33,895 nt of DNA from a virus (taxonomy: Duplodnaviria > Caudoviricetes), in IMG/VR virus record IMGVR_UViG_3300022697_000042, positions 1-33,895 of that record; one strand, written 5' to 3'. Within the stretch, counting starts at the first letter, position 1. Each line of letters starts with the position of its first letter. The notes beneath the pieces are model-generated. The model searched no databases. It worked only from the letters and a program-made list of their open reading frames with translations, and had not been told where the DNA came from. The translations under genes and the position numbers were made by a program. Positions 1 to 7,262 of this stretch are shown piece after piece.

Positions 1-2
1 AT

Positions 3-107
3 CAGTGTGAATACATCGACATGACCGCCCTTAGACGCCCAGCATGGGACTATATAGCAAAAGGTGAGGTTGCGTACTGCATAGAGACTAATGACGAGAT
101 ACCATAA
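3..107 (+). CDS. 3' end of a hypothetical protein truncated by the window edge
   Basis: Open frame QCEYIDMTALRRPAWDYIAKGEVAYCIETNDEIP ending TAA at 105-107; same strand as downstream genes. Confidence 0.45.
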   Translation, partial: QCEYIDMTALRRPAWDYIAKGEVAYCIETNDEIP

Positions 108-143
108 GGCTGTGAGGCTTTCTATGTTGATATTGAATAGGAT

Positions 144-347
144 TTGAATAGAGTGACCAACAAAGACGGTATACACCACGTAATAAGGCACAAAATTGCG
201 TATGGAAAATTAAAATCATACTGCGGACTTACCGTATATAGATTTGATATGCCAATTGAACTAGACCATGCAAGGGCTTGTGTAATGAATGGAACATATG
301 TACAGCCGTGTAAGAATTGTATGAAATCTGCCCTTAAAAGTGAATAG
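144..347 (+). CDS. hypothetical protein, possible Zn-binding (H...SYCG...CxxC)
   Basis: 67-aa ORF, TTG start after AGGA; motif pattern typical of small phage Zn-binding proteins. Confidence 0.6.
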   Translation: MNRVTNKDGIHHVIRHKIAYGKLKSYCGLTVYRFDMPIELDHARACVMNGTYVQPCKNCMKSALKSE

Positions 348-356
348 GAGAATAAA

Positions 357-509
357 ATGGAAATAAGAATACAGTCTAAAGATTCAGTGTATTCAATAAC
401 AATCGGCTATAGCACGTCATGGTTTGGTCAAATGCATTTCTTTGGAATTGCCAGAGAGTATTATGATAACGGTGAAGTATATTTTGCTGAGTCAGTATTT
501 CATAGTTAG
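357..509 (+). CDS. hypothetical protein, 50 aa (not in ORF track)
   Basis: AGGAG Shine-Dalgarno upstream of ATG 357; MEIRIQSKDSVYSITIGYSTSWFGQMHFFGIAREYYDNGEVYFAESVFHS, TAG 507-509. Confidence 0.65.
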   Translation: MEIRIQSKDSVYSITIGYSTSWFGQMHFFGIAREYYDNGEVYFAESVFHS

Positions 510-518
510 AAAGTTAAT

Positions 519-659
519 GTCTGCTGTGCAGGTGAATTTAAAGCGTACTAAAGTAGATGGCCAAACAGAAAGCTACTGTGGCGGAAGGATTAAGCGGAAA
601 CGTGACTACTTGAAAAAGGTGAAATCAGGAGTTATTACCTGGACACTTGCATGGCAGGC
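519..659 (+). ncRNA. candidate structured non-coding RNA, 141 nt, family unknown
   Basis: 519-534 GTCTGCTGTGCAGGTG pairs with 644-659 CACTTGCATGGCAGGC over 16 contiguous bp (4 G-U wobbles); several inner hairpins, one with a GAAA tetraloop. Confidence 0.55.
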
Positions 660-684
660 TCCATACAACAGAGAGAGAGTGATT

Positions 685-873
685 ATGGATATATTTAAAT
701 TTATAAAGTTAAGTAAGTGGTTTAATAGAAAATCACAGCATTATATATTAGGTGGTTGGTGGACACATAAGTCTTGGTTATACAATGGAAGAGAAAAACT
801 TAAATATCTATTGCGATATCCGGTAGCATGGGTTGTTTTTATGTGGTTATCTAGAGATGAGTATATAAAATGA
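685..873 (+). CDS. hypothetical Trp-rich protein (3' part of ORF 424..873)
   Basis: In-frame ATG 685 after GAGAGAGAG; stop overlaps next start; upstream part of the long ORF is better explained by 357..509 and the RNA structure. Confidence 0.55.
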   Translation: MDIFKFIKLSKWFNRKSQHYILGGWWTHKSWLYNGREKLKYLLRYPVAWVVFMWLSRDEYIK

Positions 874-1124
874 ATAGCGATAAAATAAAGCCAGTTAGTT
901 GTTGTAAGCCAGGAACTTATGAGTGTCAAATACCTATGCCTATCAACGGTAGGCGTCAAGATATAGATTATTGCATATCTGATATAGTGGCCGCACTAAA
1001 TTCGGCAAATATAAAAACTACAGCTAGCTGTTGCGGTCACGGAAAGCGATCTGCATCAATAATTATTGACGACGGGAGAATAATTGAAATAAAGAATGCT
1101 ACGAGACCTTGGAATAATGAGTAA
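870..1124 (+). CDS. conserved phage protein with IDxCIxxIVxALN...TxxSCCGH motif
   Basis: Motif DIDYCISDIVAALNSANIKTTASCCGHG; start overlaps upstream stop. Confidence 0.75.
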   Translation: MNSDKIKPVSCCKPGTYECQIPMPINGRRQDIDYCISDIVAALNSANIKTTASCCGHGKRSASIIIDDGRIIEIKNATRPWNNE

Positions 1125-1329
1125 ACTTAACAAAGTTACAGAGATTATACCGGATGATATACCACGATGGGCTAGTGACGCTATAAATAATGGTGATTTT
1201 TTTAAAGTTTGTATTGAAAAAGTTACCTTCCTAGAGCGTGAAGTTAATAATTTAAAAAATAACCTGACCTCTAATCAGGGACATAATTGCTGCAACCGAA
1301 GTAACGAAGGAGAGAAGGATGAACTATGA
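1117..1329 (+). CDS. hypothetical protein with short coiled coil
   Basis: In-frame ATG 1117 overlapping the end of the upstream gene. Confidence 0.6.
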   Translation: MSKLNKVTEIIPDDIPRWASDAINNGDFFKVCIEKVTFLEREVNNLKNNLTSNQGHNCCNRSNEGEKDEL

Positions 1330-1639
1330 CGTGGCGTGTCCGTACTGTGGCGAGAATCTAGAAGTTTGTCATGATGACGGGCTCGGAGTAGAAGAAGATA
1401 CTCCTCATGAGATGGAATGCTATGAATGCGAGAAAAATTTTGTGTTTTACACAACGATATCGTTTAGTTACGAAGCTAGCATTGCAGATTGTTTAAATGG
1501 GTCTGATCATAAATTAAAGCCGACTACCACTTACCCTAAAGAGTACACAAGAATGGCTTGCAGCGATTGCGGTTACAGCAGAAGAATGACAGGGGTAGAG
1601 CTGAAAGAGGCTTTAGTTAAACAGGAGAAAGTTACATGA
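1319..1639 (+). CDS. zinc-ribbon protein
   Basis: CPYC, CYEC, C...H and CSDC ligand sets; AAGGAG SD. Confidence 0.75.
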   Translation: MNYDVACPYCGENLEVCHDDGLGVEEDTPHEMECYECEKNFVFYTTISFSYEASIADCLNGSDHKLKPTTTYPKEYTRMACSDCGYSRRMTGVELKEALVKQEKVT

Positions 1640-1842
1640 AATTCATTTCTTTAGATAATGCAGCAGGTATATTTAATGGTTATGTGTCAAAGAAGTTTAA
1701 AAACCATTCTGATGCAGCTAAACATTACAAAGTAAGCAGGCAATACATCTCTCAGATAATGTTAGGATTAAGGCCGATGAATAAGAAAATGGCTGAAGAT
1801 ATCGGAGTAAAAAAAGTTAGAGGATTCGTCTCTATCGCTTGA
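1636..1842 (+). CDS. Cro/XRE-like helix-turn-helix protein
   Basis: HSDAAKHYKVSRQYISQIMLGLRP matches HTH consensus; AGGAG SD; ATGA overlap. Confidence 0.8.
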   Translation: MKFISLDNAAGIFNGYVSKKFKNHSDAAKHYKVSRQYISQIMLGLRPMNKKMAEDIGVKKVRGFVSIA

Positions 1843-1866
1843 CATTAGGATCAGGTAAGTTAATAT
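1839..1866 (+). promoter_or_regulatory. sigma70-type promoter
   Basis: TTGACA 1839-1844, 16-nt spacer, TAATAT 1861-1866. Confidence 0.7.
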
Positions 1867-1872
1867 TAAGAA

Positions 1873-2390
1873 TACCCCGAGCCGTGAAGGCCCGAGGTTA
1901 GAATCGGAATAGTTTTGCAGGCTGCCGACTCGATGAGCACATTATAGCACATCTAGTTTAAGCCTGTTAAATCTTCCGCGTCAGACAAACGAGAGATGGT
2001 TAACCATGGAAAGAGAAATTCTAAAAATAGCCGAAGAAAGGACTAAAAACATGCTCACAGCTACGGTAAGAGCGTACAAGCCCTTAACTATTCAGAATGC
2101 ACTCATATCAGCATATCTTCAAGGTATCGCTGACTTAGCTACTGCGTTAACCGGGGATGTATCGCCCGATGTCAAGAAAGACAGGCACCAATAAAACACA
2201 CGATTGGGCTAGCTTAGCCGGACTTGCGTAAGGTATCGGTAGATCGAACAGTATTTCAGGGTGGAACTAGGCTGTTCGGGAACGAATTACGACTTTTTGA
2301 GTAATGTAGATATTATTAAGGATAAGTAATATTGGCATAGGGCTAGTACTTAGTACTTACCACCCCTAGCTAGATTATGTCTATATACAA
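1873..2390 (+). ncRNA. candidate large structured RNA (or structured ssDNA origin) containing an ORF in a loop
   Basis: Starts at the predicted +1 of the 1839 promoter; nested long-range helices 1953-1960/2205-2212, 1962-1968/2180-2186, 1997-2004/2146-2153 and a chain of local hairpins to ~2386. Confidence 0.45.
2006..2194 (+). CDS. hypothetical protein, 62 aa
   Basis: ATG after GAGAG; helical-looking sequence; lies within the structured region. Confidence 0.55.
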   Translation: MEREILKIAEERTKNMLTATVRAYKPLTIQNALISAYLQGIADLATALTGDVSPDVKKDRHQ

Positions 2391-2416
2391 ATATTAACCA
2401 AGAAAAGGTAAATAAC

Positions 2417-2533
2417 ATGGGCTGTTTTAGTTTTTTATGCAAAGAGTGCGGGGAAGGAATTATATCTGATTCATTCAGAGGTGAGAAAGTTAAGCTATTT
2501 CTACTCGATAAAGGAAATCAAAATGCCAAGTAG
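2417..2533 (+). pseudogene. 38-aa ORF, probable truncated gene remnant (MGCFSFLCKECG...)
   Basis: AAGG SD and ATG 2417; single CxxC then stop at 2531-2533 overlapping the next gene. Confidence 0.45.
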
Positions 2534-2741
2534 CTACTGGAAACCAAGTCAACAAGACAAAAACTCAATAAGCGCAGGTAATCGCAAGGTACGAATGAAC
2601 ACTCTAGCATCCACTCATCAGGTCAGAGACGCATTTTGCCCACATTGTCACAAAGAGATGCTATTAAACACCGAAAGCGGCAGATACATGACCTACGGTG
2701 GCTCATACCATCATTGTGCTAATTATAGGAGTGAGCTATGA
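2523..2741 (+). CDS. small Zn-finger-like protein (CPHC...HHC)
   Basis: AAGGA SD before in-frame ATG 2523 of ORF 2481..2741. Confidence 0.65.
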   Translation: MPSSYWKPSQQDKNSISAGNRKVRMNTLASTHQVRDAFCPHCHKEMLLNTESGRYMTYGGSYHHCANYRSEL

Positions 2742-2986
2742 ATGCGTATACAACAATTTACTGGTTTATGTACCCAAAGCATTACAATTTTCTTGTAAAG
2801 TCTGGAATGGGGACAAAATGGAATCCAGGGATGATATTGATAACCAAGAGCGTTCATAAAATACATAAAGGTACTAATCTAGACGATACGATAATCGATA
2901 TTGTTAGTATGGTAGCAGCTCTAGCCTACGAAATTTACGGTGAACAAAGAGTTAAAGATGCGCTGAAAGAGGCCGATAGTAGTTGA
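2738..2986 (+). CDS. hypothetical protein
   Basis: AGGAG SD; start overlaps upstream stop. Confidence 0.65.
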   Translation: MNAYTTIYWFMYPKHYNFLVKSGMGTKWNPGMILITKSVHKIHKGTNLDDTIIDIVSMVAALAYEIYGEQRVKDALKEADSS

Positions 2987-3011
2987 CAAGTGACAAGTAG
3001 TAAATTACTAT
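2983..3011 (+). promoter_or_regulatory. sigma70-type promoter with overlapping palindrome
   Basis: TTGACA 2983-2988, 17-nt spacer, TACTAT 3006-3011; TAGTAA-A-TTACTA inverted repeat 2998-3010. Confidence 0.8.
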
Positions 3012-3045
3012 TAATTTACTGGCTTTTTAAATTAAAGGAAACCTA

Positions 3046-3429
3046 ATGGATATAAATGATCTAACTATCGGGCAAGCTAAAGAGTTATCTAACTTATTCG
3101 GTAAAAATAATTCTGGGGGTATTTTATCTGAAGTCTTAGGAAGATATGTAATTGTCCGCAGCAGGAATGAAGGAATAAATTCGGGTTTTGTTGAGATGGC
3201 TGACGAGACAGGAATTGTATTAACAAAAGCAAGAAGAATTTGGTATCACAAACCAAAAGATAAATCGGAATCCTGGTATGAAGGAGTGGCTAATACAGGG
3301 TTAAGTTCTGACTCAAGGATATCAAGCTCTGTAGAGCAGAAAATAATAGTAGAGGATTATTCTGTAACTGTTTGCTCCTCTATTGCCAAGAAGTCAATTA
3401 TCGAGGCATTATCTAATGAACAAAGTTAA
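3046..3429 (+). CDS. DUF6948-like phage protein
   Basis: GRYVIVRSRNEGINSG...VLTKARRIWY...VANTG pattern and the characteristic downstream Gly-repeat gene; AAGGA SD. Confidence 0.8.
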   Translation: MDINDLTIGQAKELSNLFGKNNSGGILSEVLGRYVIVRSRNEGINSGFVEMADETGIVLTKARRIWYHKPKDKSESWYEGVANTGLSSDSRISSSVEQKIIVEDYSVTVCSSIAKKSIIEALSNEQS

Positions 3430-3640
3430 AGACCTTGTAATAACGTATGGCGATGGCGATGGCTCTGGCTCTTGCTCTGGCGATGGCGATGGCTCTGGCT
3501 ATGGCTCTGGCTATGGCTCTGGCTATGGCGATGGCGATGGCGATGGCTCTGGATCTGGATCTGGGTATAGCGATGGCTCTGGATCTGGATCTGGCTATAG
3601 CGATGGCTCTGGATCTGGATCTGGATCTGGATCTGGCTGA
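3416..3640 (+). CDS. Gly-X (GD/GS/GY) repeat protein
   Basis: GAGG SD before ATG 3416; MNKVKDLVITY followed by GDGDGSG...GSG. Confidence 0.75.
   Translation: MNKVKDLVITYGDGDGSGSCSGDGDGSGYGSGYGSGYGDGDGDGSGSGSGYSDGSGSGSGYSDGSGSGSGSGSG
3449..3637 (+). repeat. hexamer tandem repeat (GGCGAT/GGCTCT/GGCTAT/GGATCT)
   Basis: Directly visible; 189 nt of 6-nt units with higher-order duplications. Confidence 0.95.
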
Positions 3641-3657
3641 ATACATCGGAGGATCTT

Positions 3658-3852
3658 ATGAACTACGACCACACGGTAAGATTAGCACTACAAGAGCTAG
3701 AGTTATGTAAGTTGTTAAAGGCTCAAGGGTTTGTAAGATCTGATTTATTCCAGAAGCTTGGAGTTTATTATTTAAGGTTTGGAGAGCATGGAACGCCGAT
3801 CACTTTCGGCTTTAGCACGAAAGATTGTATCGAGGAATTGCGACATGTTTAG
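3658..3852 (+). CDS. hypothetical protein
   Basis: GGAGG SD, 64 aa. Confidence 0.65.
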   Translation: MNYDHTVRLALQELELCKLLKAQGFVRSDLFQKLGVYYLRFGEHGTPITFGFSTKDCIEELRHV

Positions 3853-4072
3853 AGCTGTCCATAAAAGGTACTGGCGAGGATGTCTGACGTACATAGTCAG
3901 AAACGACTCAGACAAAAAAGAAGCTAAATGCACGAGATATGGCACGGAAGAAGGCTGTCTTAATTACGTGAAAAGCTTAATAGAGAGAATGAACTTTTCA
4001 GAGAATCAGGCAAACGCAGGAAAAACGAAAAGGATGACTACTTTTTTACAGAAAAGTCTACCGGAGGGTTAA
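3845..4072 (+). CDS. hypothetical protein
   Basis: GAGG SD before in-frame ATG 3845 of ORF 3779..4072. Confidence 0.6.
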   Translation: MFRAVHKRYWRGCLTYIVRNDSDKKEAKCTRYGTEEGCLNYVKSLIERMNFSENQANAGKTKRMTTFLQKSLPEG

Positions 4073-4381
4073 ATGATTGACACAAGTTTCAAGTTAATGG
4101 AGCACACAATGAGCGCACTAGACCCAGTAAAGCAGGACATTAAGAAGATTCAAAAGGAATACGTCTCACAAGACATGTCAAAAGAAGCTTACATTAAATG
4201 GATACATGAAAAAGTAAAAACCGCTGACGAAGGAGATATTCGCCAAGCAATACTACATGACGCCAATTCAGAATTATGTTTATTGCATCGGGATTATTCA
4301 ACAAAGATACTTTCTACCCTGTCATATACAATGTACGAAATACTAACTAAATACTTTGAGGAATCTTACCCGCATGAATGA
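4073..4381 (+). CDS. hypothetical protein
   Basis: GGAGG SD; abuts upstream stop. Confidence 0.65.
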   Translation: MIDTSFKLMEHTMSALDPVKQDIKKIQKEYVSQDMSKEAYIKWIHEKVKTADEGDIRQAILHDANSELCLLHRDYSTKILSTLSYTMYEILTKYFEESYPHE

Positions 4382-5429
4382 ACTAATGAAAGTAGAAGGA
4401 TTAAACGCAATCGACCTTTTTGAAAAGAAAGAGGTTGGAGTATTAATCTCAGGAATACAGGAGCAAGCAAGGGCATTGATCCCTGATATCTCAGATGAGA
4501 AAGGCCGTAATGATATTAACGACCTTGGGAAAAAGGTTAGAAAATGCTCTAAGGTATTGGATGACCTAGGGAAAACTCACGTAGCCTTTTTGAAGGCTTT
4601 ACCTAAAGAGATAGATTCTCAACGTAAAAAGATGCGCGAAGATTTAGACGAGCTTTACACCGAGGTCAGAAGCCCCCTAACAAACTGGGAAAATGAAGAA
4701 AAGGCTAGACTTGAGTTAATCCAAATTAAAATTAATGCAATGATGGCGATGCCATGCGGGGTTGCCAGTGAAAGAATAAGCAACAAGGTCTTGGCTGATA
4801 TTTTCCTAACAGAAATTCAAGCCACAAAAATCGATGAAAGTTTCGGTGAAAGTCAGGAATACGCCCAAAAGACTAAATCGGAAAACGAGTTAATCGTAAA
4901 GGGGGTTATAGCTAACTTCGCTATTGAGGCACAGGCTGAAGTAGAGCGCCTAGAAGCAGAGAAAAAAGAGCAGGAAGAAAGAGACAAGCGAATAGCCAAA
5001 GAAGCTAAGGAGCAGGCAGAGAGAGCCGCTGAACAATCAATAAAGGCTGCTAAGGATGCAGAGGAGTTAGCGGTTAAAAACGCCAAGATTGCAGAAATAA
5101 AAGCGAAAAACGACGTTAAGGACGCAGAAAAAAGGGCAGACTTAGCCAAAAAGCAGGCAGAACACACAGCTAAATTAAAAGCTGAACAGGCAGTTCAGGA
5201 CGAAAAGGATCGGGTTGAACGTGCAAGGCAGGCAGATACAGCTAAACAAGAAAAGTTAGCCGCTAATAAAAAGCATAGCGCGAGGATTAATAACGAGATT
5301 GTAGCAGCTATTACACTTGCTATTTCAGAAGTTCATTCAGGCAATCAAAATGAAGCCGTGCTTATAGCTAAGGCTATTGTAGTTGCTTCTGCTAAAAATG
5401 AAATCCCTCACGTTTCAATAAAATATTAG
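4374..5429 (+). CDS. long coiled-coil phage protein of recombination regions (often mislabelled TolA-like)
   Basis: PDISDEKGR...LDDLGK...LKALPKEID...EVRSPLTNWE core, Ala/Glu/Lys-rich helix, C-terminal IPHVSIKY; next to erf. Confidence 0.8.
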   Translation: MNELMKVEGLNAIDLFEKKEVGVLISGIQEQARALIPDISDEKGRNDINDLGKKVRKCSKVLDDLGKTHVAFLKALPKEIDSQRKKMREDLDELYTEVRSPLTNWENEEKARLELIQIKINAMMAMPCGVASERISNKVLADIFLTEIQATKIDESFGESQEYAQKTKSENELIVKGVIANFAIEAQAEVERLEAEKKEQEERDKRIAKEAKEQAERAAEQSIKAAKDAEELAVKNAKIAEIKAKNDVKDAEKRADLAKKQAEHTAKLKAEQAVQDEKDRVERARQADTAKQEKLAANKKHSARINNEIVAAITLAISEVHSGNQNEAVLIAKAIVVASAKNEIPHVSIKY

Positions 5430-5437
5430 GTGTAGAT

Positions 5438-6202
5438 ATGAAAAAACAATTACAGAAGGTAAGTCCTTCCTCTATCACGACGCCTTATGAATTAATTGCA
5501 ATCGCTGTACAGCAGAACGCCGATGTAGATAAGCTGGAAAAATTAATGCATTTACAGGAACGCTACGACGCCAACGAGGCCAAAAAAGCCTTTGTTACCG
5601 CTAGAGCTGGATTCTCAGGTGAAAGTGTTGTTATTTTGAAGACTGCAAAGGGCCATAATAGCAAATATGCGAAGCTTGGAGACGAGCTAGAGATAGTCAC
5701 TCCACTACTTTCAAAGCATGGTTTATCGCATAGCTGGGTAACTAATCAAGATAATGGAATGATCACGGTTACTTGCGTGCTAACACACGAGCAAGGGCAC
5801 AGCGAGTCAACTTCATTAAGCTCAAGCCCAGAGACCAGCGGGAGTAAGAACGCCATACAGGCTATTGGGTCGGCTGTAAGCTATCTTAAAAGATATACGT
5901 TCGAGGCAATATGTGGACTGGCCACTACAGATGATGACGGTCAATCAACCCAGCAAGAGGTAGACGAAAATCTACCAACGGTAGATAAGGTAGACTACAA
6001 CAAGGTTAATACTGCCATACTATTCTTTAAGCGCGAAATAGATAAAGATAATATGGATAATTACAGAACAATGCAGGCTGCATGGGATAGGTTAAACCCG
6101 AACGAACAGATTAAAGTTTCAAGCGGTCTGTACCAGAAACCGAAAGATTCGAAAAAGAAGTACAAGAATATTCTCGTTGAATATATTTCTTACGCACCAT
6201 AA
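5438..6202 (+). CDS. erf: ERF-family single-strand annealing recombinase
   Basis: NSKYAKL, LSKHGL, VTCVLTHEQGHSE and QAIGSAVSYLKRY...GLATTDDDG signature. Confidence 0.92.
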   Translation: MKKQLQKVSPSSITTPYELIAIAVQQNADVDKLEKLMHLQERYDANEAKKAFVTARAGFSGESVVILKTAKGHNSKYAKLGDELEIVTPLLSKHGLSHSWVTNQDNGMITVTCVLTHEQGHSESTSLSSSPETSGSKNAIQAIGSAVSYLKRYTFEAICGLATTDDDGQSTQQEVDENLPTVDKVDYNKVNTAILFFKREIDKDNMDNYRTMQAAWDRLNPNEQIKVSSGLYQKPKDSKKKYKNILVEYISYAP

Positions 6203-6213
6203 GAGTAATCGCC

Positions 6214-7125
6214 ATGAAAACTCCAGAACTAAAGCTACCCAGCTGCATGTCCGAATCTGAAATAAAAGATATGCACGCTAATGTTATAGCGATATTCAAA
6301 CCAGACGGTCCGCGCATTAAGCATATTTGCAACGAGTGCCAAGCACCACTTTCTAGTTATGAACTCCTTAAAAAACATTCATTTAGGGTTCACGGAATTG
6401 GATTACCGGCAACTTTATTGGGGCCTAATATCGATAAATCCTCTAATGGATTTGAAGTTGGATTTGAAGTTGGATACGATAATGGAACCGAGATTAGTTA
6501 TATTACATTCAAAGGTGCGGAACCCACTAATGACCACGGAATAGTTATAGGGGCTGAGTATAAGCCTAAGCTTGACTCAATATTTAGTTTTAATTTAATA
6601 GTATTGGGAGTTTTGAATGAAGTTGTTTCTACTAAATGTACTGCCGGCGGTGGTTCTTTATGGCTCCCAGGAGTTGAAGAATTTTTATATGACTTCGAAC
6701 TAGTTAAATCGAAAACTACCCCAGTAATCGACATAAGGGTAGGGGATGTATACACTAACTCTAATGGAAATGTAAAGATATTAAAAGTTAATGAGCATGA
6801 TATTTATTTCCAGCTTTTATGGGGAGACAGGGGTTTCCATTATCATCCACCATTAAGTTTTTTAGCTGTATACGCATTCGTCCGACACGCAGACATACCA
6901 GAAGACGTTCCCAAGTTCGATTATGATATTCCTGTGGGGCAATATATTGCAATGGATAAGGGTGGAGCTTGGTATAGGTACCATAAACATCCAAAGATAT
7001 CAACCGGAATCCATTTTCATCCAACTGGCGTGGTGCTCGAATCACATGATTCTGAAACGCCACCATGGCACGACTGGAAGGAAAGCCTCCACAAAATGAC
7101 CGAGAACGGACTAGTAAAAGTATGA
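6214..7125 (+). CDS. multi-domain hypothetical protein
   Basis: 303-aa ORF; CNEC..H segment, two IGxxY beta modules, C-terminal YIAMDKGGAWYRY...P...DWKESL module. Confidence 0.75.
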   Translation: MKTPELKLPSCMSESEIKDMHANVIAIFKPDGPRIKHICNECQAPLSSYELLKKHSFRVHGIGLPATLLGPNIDKSSNGFEVGFEVGYDNGTEISYITFKGAEPTNDHGIVIGAEYKPKLDSIFSFNLIVLGVLNEVVSTKCTAGGGSLWLPGVEEFLYDFELVKSKTTPVIDIRVGDVYTNSNGNVKILKVNEHDIYFQLLWGDRGFHYHPPLSFLAVYAFVRHADIPEDVPKFDYDIPVGQYIAMDKGGAWYRYHKHPKISTGIHFHPTGVVLESHDSETPPWHDWKESLHKMTENGLVKV

Positions 7126-7262
7126 CTGAAAAATGCAACTGCCCAATATGCGCTGCAAGGCTCCCAAACTACGCCCAGTACCGAGAACATGCCATACAGA
7201 CGCACCAGATCGGCCTACCGTGGCATAAAGAAAAGTATCGTCCAAGTATGATGGTTAAGTGA
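7122..7262 (+). CDS. C2H2-type zinc-finger microprotein
   Basis: ATGA overlap at 7122; CPIC-x12-H-x4-H. Confidence 0.65.
   Translation: MTEKCNCPICAARLPNYAQYREHAIQTHQIGLPWHKEKYRPSMMVK

Noticed and set aside
424-684. N-terminal part of ORF 424..873
   Set aside because: No SD at 424, overlaps the better-supported ORF 357..509 and runs through the G-U-rich RNA helix; real start is more likely 685
3449-3637. Possible CRISPR array or iterons
   Set aside because: Contiguous 6-nt coding units with no unique spacers
3413-3710. Alternative-frame ORFs with AMAL and ARSR repeats (3447..3710 +, 3413..3646 -)
   Set aside because: Artefacts of a stop-free hexamer repeat; the Gly frame has the SD and the known gene context
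4374-5429. TolA annotation
   Set aside because: Only compositional similarity (Ala/Glu/Lys helix); no N-terminal membrane anchor or TolA C-terminal domain
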